This document shows, in pieces, positions 61,016 to 64,000 of a stretch of 64,000 nt of DNA. This stretch comes from an uncultured Rikenella sp. (GTDB taxonomy: Bacteria; Bacteroidota; Bacteroidia; Bacteroidales; VadinHA17). The stretch covers positions 69,204 to 133,203 of the forward strand of contig CAZUIF010000004.1 in assembly GCA_964621005.1 (NCBI GenBank). Direction: 5' to 3'. The notes beneath the pieces are model-generated. The model saw only the letters and a list, made by a program, of their open reading frames with translations. It was not told the DNA's origin and made no database searches. Within the stretch, counting starts at the first letter, position 1; each line of letters starts with the position of its first letter. A program made the position numbers and the translations under genes.

Positions 61016-62648
61016 TCCTGTAGACTTTCTTCACGAAAATGTCATCGGGATACCCGAGTCTCAGCAGCCTCTCCTTTTCTTCGTAGGCGCTGGCTTTGGT
61101 ATTGAATTTACCTGTTGTGTACCGGTAGAAGCGGTCATCCGGGTTGTAGAATACCGAGATCTCCGCATATTCAAAATATGCAGGGTCAACCGGGTTGTAG
61201 AGCGCCATCACCTGTACAGTATAATAAAGCACGTCAGGGTCAATCTCCTGGTCAGTGTCCCTTACATCCCTGATGACCAGGTCGGTAATGAGTGTCGACG
61301 AGTCAATCTCAGTCAGATAGGGCAGGTCGGCAGGGTTGAAGCTGATTGTGACAGTATCTCTCTTCTCTTCCGGCTGCGGCGGATTGAATGTCACGAGTGC
61401 AATTTCCTTCTTCTTGTACTCTGTCATTATTGAGTACAGGCCTGAATTGCCCTGGTTGAACGGTTGAAAGGCAATGTTGTCATCGGTGGTGCTTACAGGA
61501 TACCCTATATTGACTGGACTGCTCCATTGACCGTTTGCAAGTTTCGAAGTGAAAATATCGTAACCGCCCATTGAACCGTGGCCTTCTGAGCTGAATGTGA
61601 GCGTATTTCCGTCAGCTGATATGAAGGGAGTCTCCTCGTTGTACGGTGTGTTGACAGCATTCCCGAGGTTGACCGGCAATCCCCAGTCGCCGGTTGCGTC
61701 CTTTTCCGAGACCCACAGGTCAAGCTCACCAAACCCCCCTTCACGGTTGGAGGTGAAGTAGAGCTTCTTCCCGTCTGAAGAGACAGCGGCATGTGATTCA
61801 TAGTACCGGGTATTTATGTTCCTGTTTAGTTTCTCAACGGGTGACCACCTGCCGTCTGCGAATCTTGTTACATATATATTACCGTCGTAATTGTCATTCT
61901 TGAAAAGATACAGTTCAGTTCCGTCGCTGTTGAGCGAGGTTGTATGGCAGTCTGTTCCCATTGATGCTTCAAGGGTTATGTCAACAGGGATGCCCCAGGA
62001 GGTTCCCTCTTTCCGGGTGACATAGACCACGCTTTCAAGTCCTCTTCTTTCGGTGTAAGCCATGGTGTTTCCGTCATAGCTTACCACCGGCCTGTCATTG
62101 ACCGAGCCCTGGTTGATATATTCCTTGAGAGGCTGTATGAGCACATTTACCGGTTTTTTCATCTGGTCGGCGGCGAGATTACAGGCCTGTATCTGCTGGT
62201 TGACGAACGTTTCGTTCTGCATGGCAGATGATTCGGCAATAAGCTGATGGAAGAACCTGTATGTACTGAGGGCGCTGTCAAGACTGTTTGTGATCCGGTA
62301 GGCATTTGCGAGTGAGAAGTAGGCGTCCAGCGGGGCACGCATCTCCGTTAGTTTGCCTGTTTTGGCGTTGTAACTGGTACTTCTTACTGCCTCCTCAAGG
62401 AAGGGAATGGCTTTCGGTTTCTCATCAAATATGTTGAGGTAGCAGTTGCCAATCTTGTATTTTATGTTGTAGTTGCCGGGTTTGAGTTCATTCAGCATGA
62501 GATACAGGGGGTTGGCAAGTTCGTACTCACCGTAGAGGTAATGAGATTCAGCCTCCATCCAGATCTCCTTCAGCTCACTCTTTTTCTGACCGTTAAGCGG
62601 CAGAAACAGGAGCAATAATGTTAAAAAGACTATACCCCTTATTCCCAT
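60999..62648 (-). CDS. Exported TPR + PD40/TolB-like beta-propeller protein with a C-terminal SPOR-like domain
   Basis: 549 aa with a signal peptide and N-terminal TPR-like helices. PD40-like blades repeat (SYDGNTMAYT, NSDGTELYLF, SSDGKKLYFTSNR.GG.G..DLW, SADGNTLTFSS). The C-terminal YYTVQVMAL...YRYTTGKF..KASAYEEKERLLRLGYPDDIFV resembles SPOR. Confidence 0.65.
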   Translation of the reverse strand: MGIRGIVFLTLLLLFLPLNGQKKSELKEIWMEAESHYLYGEYELANPLYLMLNELKPGNYNIKYKIGNCYLNIFDEKPKAIPFLEEAVRSTSYNAKTGKLTEMRAPLDAYFSLANAYRITNSLDSALSTYRFFHQLIAESSAMQNETFVNQQIQACNLAADQMKKPVNVLIQPLKEYINQGSVNDRPVVSYDGNTMAYTERRGLESVVYVTRKEGTSWGIPVDITLEASMGTDCHTTSLNSDGTELYLFKNDNYDGNIYVTRFADGRWSPVEKLNRNINTRYYESHAAVSSDGKKLYFTSNREGGFGELDLWVSEKDATGDWGLPVNLGNAVNTPYNEETPFISADGNTLTFSSEGHGSMGGYDIFTSKLANGQWSSPVNIGYPVSTTDDNIAFQPFNQGNSGLYSIMTEYKKKEIALVTFNPPQPEEKRDTVTISFNPADLPYLTEIDSSTLITDLVIRDVRDTDQEIDPDVLYYTVQVMALYNPVDPAYFEYAEISVFYNPDDRFYRYTTGKFNTKASAYEEKERLLRLGYPDDIFVKKVYRNDSGK

Positions 62649-62706
62649 GATTCAGTTTGACTGTAAAATTAATCCTTTTGCAGCATACTCCCCCTGTTGC
62701 AAGGCA

Positions 62707-63990
62707 TTATTTGAACCTTATGCGGTAAATGTCAGCGCGGCCGGCCCCGCCGTCCCTGCCGGTAAGTGAAATATAGCCCGTCTTTCCGTTGTCTGCCGGA
62801 CAAAAGAAGATGTTGTCATCAGGGGTGTTCAGCGGATAACCTATATTTCCAGGCGTGCTCCAGAGGTCATTGTACTGAATGTCACTGCGGAAGATATCGT
62901 AGCCTCCCATATTGCGGTGCCCCTGGGATGCGAAGAACAGGGTTTTCCCTCCATTGATCAGGAAAGGCCTGTCTTCATTGAACGGAGTGTTTATTTCGGG
63001 ACCCATATTTACGGGCAGGCCCCATTCGCCGTCAGGTCCAAGTTTTGATAAATACAGATCGAGCCCTCCGAATCCGCCTGGTCTGTCGCTTGCAAAGACA
63101 AGTGTTGATCCGTCTTCAGTTATGAATCCGTGAGCCTCCCAGTATTTGGTATTGATTTCCTTTTTCATCTTTCTGGCAGGTTCCCAGCGTGTGCCGTCAT
63201 ATTTGCTGATCCAGATGTCGCTGTTGATGTTGTCATCCTTGGAGAGCAGCATGACTGTGTTGCCTGAAGCAAGGCATGAGACATAATGATCACCGTCTGA
63301 CTGCAGTTCCGGGGTGATATTGACCGGTACCGTCCATTCGTTCCTTACGAAGCGTGAGAACATTATAGCATCATAGAATTTCATTGAAGTCATGTAGGCA
63401 ATTGCCTTACCGTCGGGAGCCATTACCGGGAAGAAATTGTCATTCACGTCGTTGATTATGTCATCCACATCCTCCACCGTAAACCTGACCGGAGTTGCCA
63501 TAAGGGAAGGAGCATTATTGCATGCGGCGATCTGCTGATCGATGAACATCAGGTTTTCAACATCCGACGGCAGCAGTGTCTGGCGATAACGGGTGTAGGC
63601 ATCCTTTGCCTTCTCAAACATGTAATTGATCCGGTATGCATCACCCAGGAAGAAGAGCGCTTCATAGGGAGCCTCATTCTGTCGGAGGGAGCCCTCGCGG
63701 TATTTACCGGTGAGGTTCTGTGATGCCTTTTCAAGGTATTCTATTGCAAGGTTTTTGCTGCCCTCGATGTTCAGATAACAGAGTCCGATACGGAATGCAA
63801 TGCTGGCATTTTCAGGCATTGCAGCATGAATACCCTGATAATACGGCAGCGCATCCGCATAGTCTCCCCTCATCAGGAAATACTCAGCGTCGTAGAAAGC
63901 TTCCTGCAGCCTTATATTGTCCTGCGATCTGCAAACGAGCGCTGCAGAAAGAATGATCAGTAAAAGGGCAAGTCTTTTCATTGTCATCAT
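62707..63990 (-). CDS. Exported TPR + PD40/TolB-like beta-propeller protein (paralogue of the downstream gene, no SPOR-like tail)
   Basis: 427 aa with the same TPR + PD40 layout (APDGKAIAYMT, TEDGSTLVFASDRPGGFGGLDLY, INGGKTLFFAS.GH.NMGGYDIF). Confidence 0.65.
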   Translation of the reverse strand: MMTMKRLALLLIILSAALVCRSQDNIRLQEAFYDAEYFLMRGDYADALPYYQGIHAAMPENASIAFRIGLCYLNIEGSKNLAIEYLEKASQNLTGKYREGSLRQNEAPYEALFFLGDAYRINYMFEKAKDAYTRYRQTLLPSDVENLMFIDQQIAACNNAPSLMATPVRFTVEDVDDIINDVNDNFFPVMAPDGKAIAYMTSMKFYDAIMFSRFVRNEWTVPVNITPELQSDGDHYVSCLASGNTVMLLSKDDNINSDIWISKYDGTRWEPARKMKKEINTKYWEAHGFITEDGSTLVFASDRPGGFGGLDLYLSKLGPDGEWGLPVNMGPEINTPFNEDRPFLINGGKTLFFASQGHRNMGGYDIFRSDIQYNDLWSTPGNIGYPLNTPDDNIFFCPADNGKTGYISLTGRDGGAGRADIYRIRFK

Positions 63991-64000
63991 GTTATTGTTC

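Overview
This 64-kb window looks like it comes from an anaerobic member of the Bacteroidota. The evidence is T9SS C-terminal sorting domains on three proteins, a CarboxypepD_reg-type TonB-dependent receptor, many lipoprotein signal peptides, and tightly packed operons with overlapping stop/start codons. I can support about 50 protein genes and one tRNA-Ser(CGA). I saw no rRNA, CRISPR array, transposase or integrase.

Layout:
(1) 1-12.4 kb is a redox/hydrogen island. It holds a sulfhydrogenase beta/gamma-like Fe-S/flavoprotein pair plus a truncated cNMP-domain gene. Divergent from these are rex-hypFCDEAB, then a three-gene NuoE-like/NuoF-like/[FeFe]-hydrogenase operon. Rex-operator-like palindromes sit in the divergent promoter.
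(2) 12.5-18.9 kb is a diverged tandem duplication of a two-gene Na+-coupled amino-acid transporter module (NSS + AGCS).
(3) 19-26.4 kb carries a MORN protein, a membrane protein, an SNF2 helicase and a GH2 hydrolase.
(4) 26.5-29.5 kb carries a Crp/Fnr regulator divergent from an OsmC / Trx-like / TrxB / Trx thiol-redox operon.
(5) 29.6-34.8 kb carries a GT2-GT-C fusion glycosyltransferase, a repeat-containing Gly/Gln-rich secreted protein and CopA.
(6) 34.8-46.5 kb is my top candidate for an undescribed system, a PUL-like locus without SusD. It combines a TonB-dependent receptor, two paralogous surface lipoproteins with OB-like modules, an Endonuclease I with a T9SS tail, two EEP (ExeM/NucH-type) nucleases and a ~1000-aa T9SS protein sharing the lipoprotein modules. 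I read it as an extracellular nucleic-acid capture/degradation/uptake locus.
(7) 46.8-64 kb carries tRNA-Ser, an exported YciI, a subclass B1 metallo-beta-lactamase, rsgA, M28 and M3 peptidases, an isochorismatase-like hydrolase, an SLC12-like transporter, rlmN, GH20, a PAS-LuxR regulator, a GNAT and two TPR/PD40 paralogues.

All calls come from reading the translated ORFs and the DNA by eye. No database search or HMM was run.
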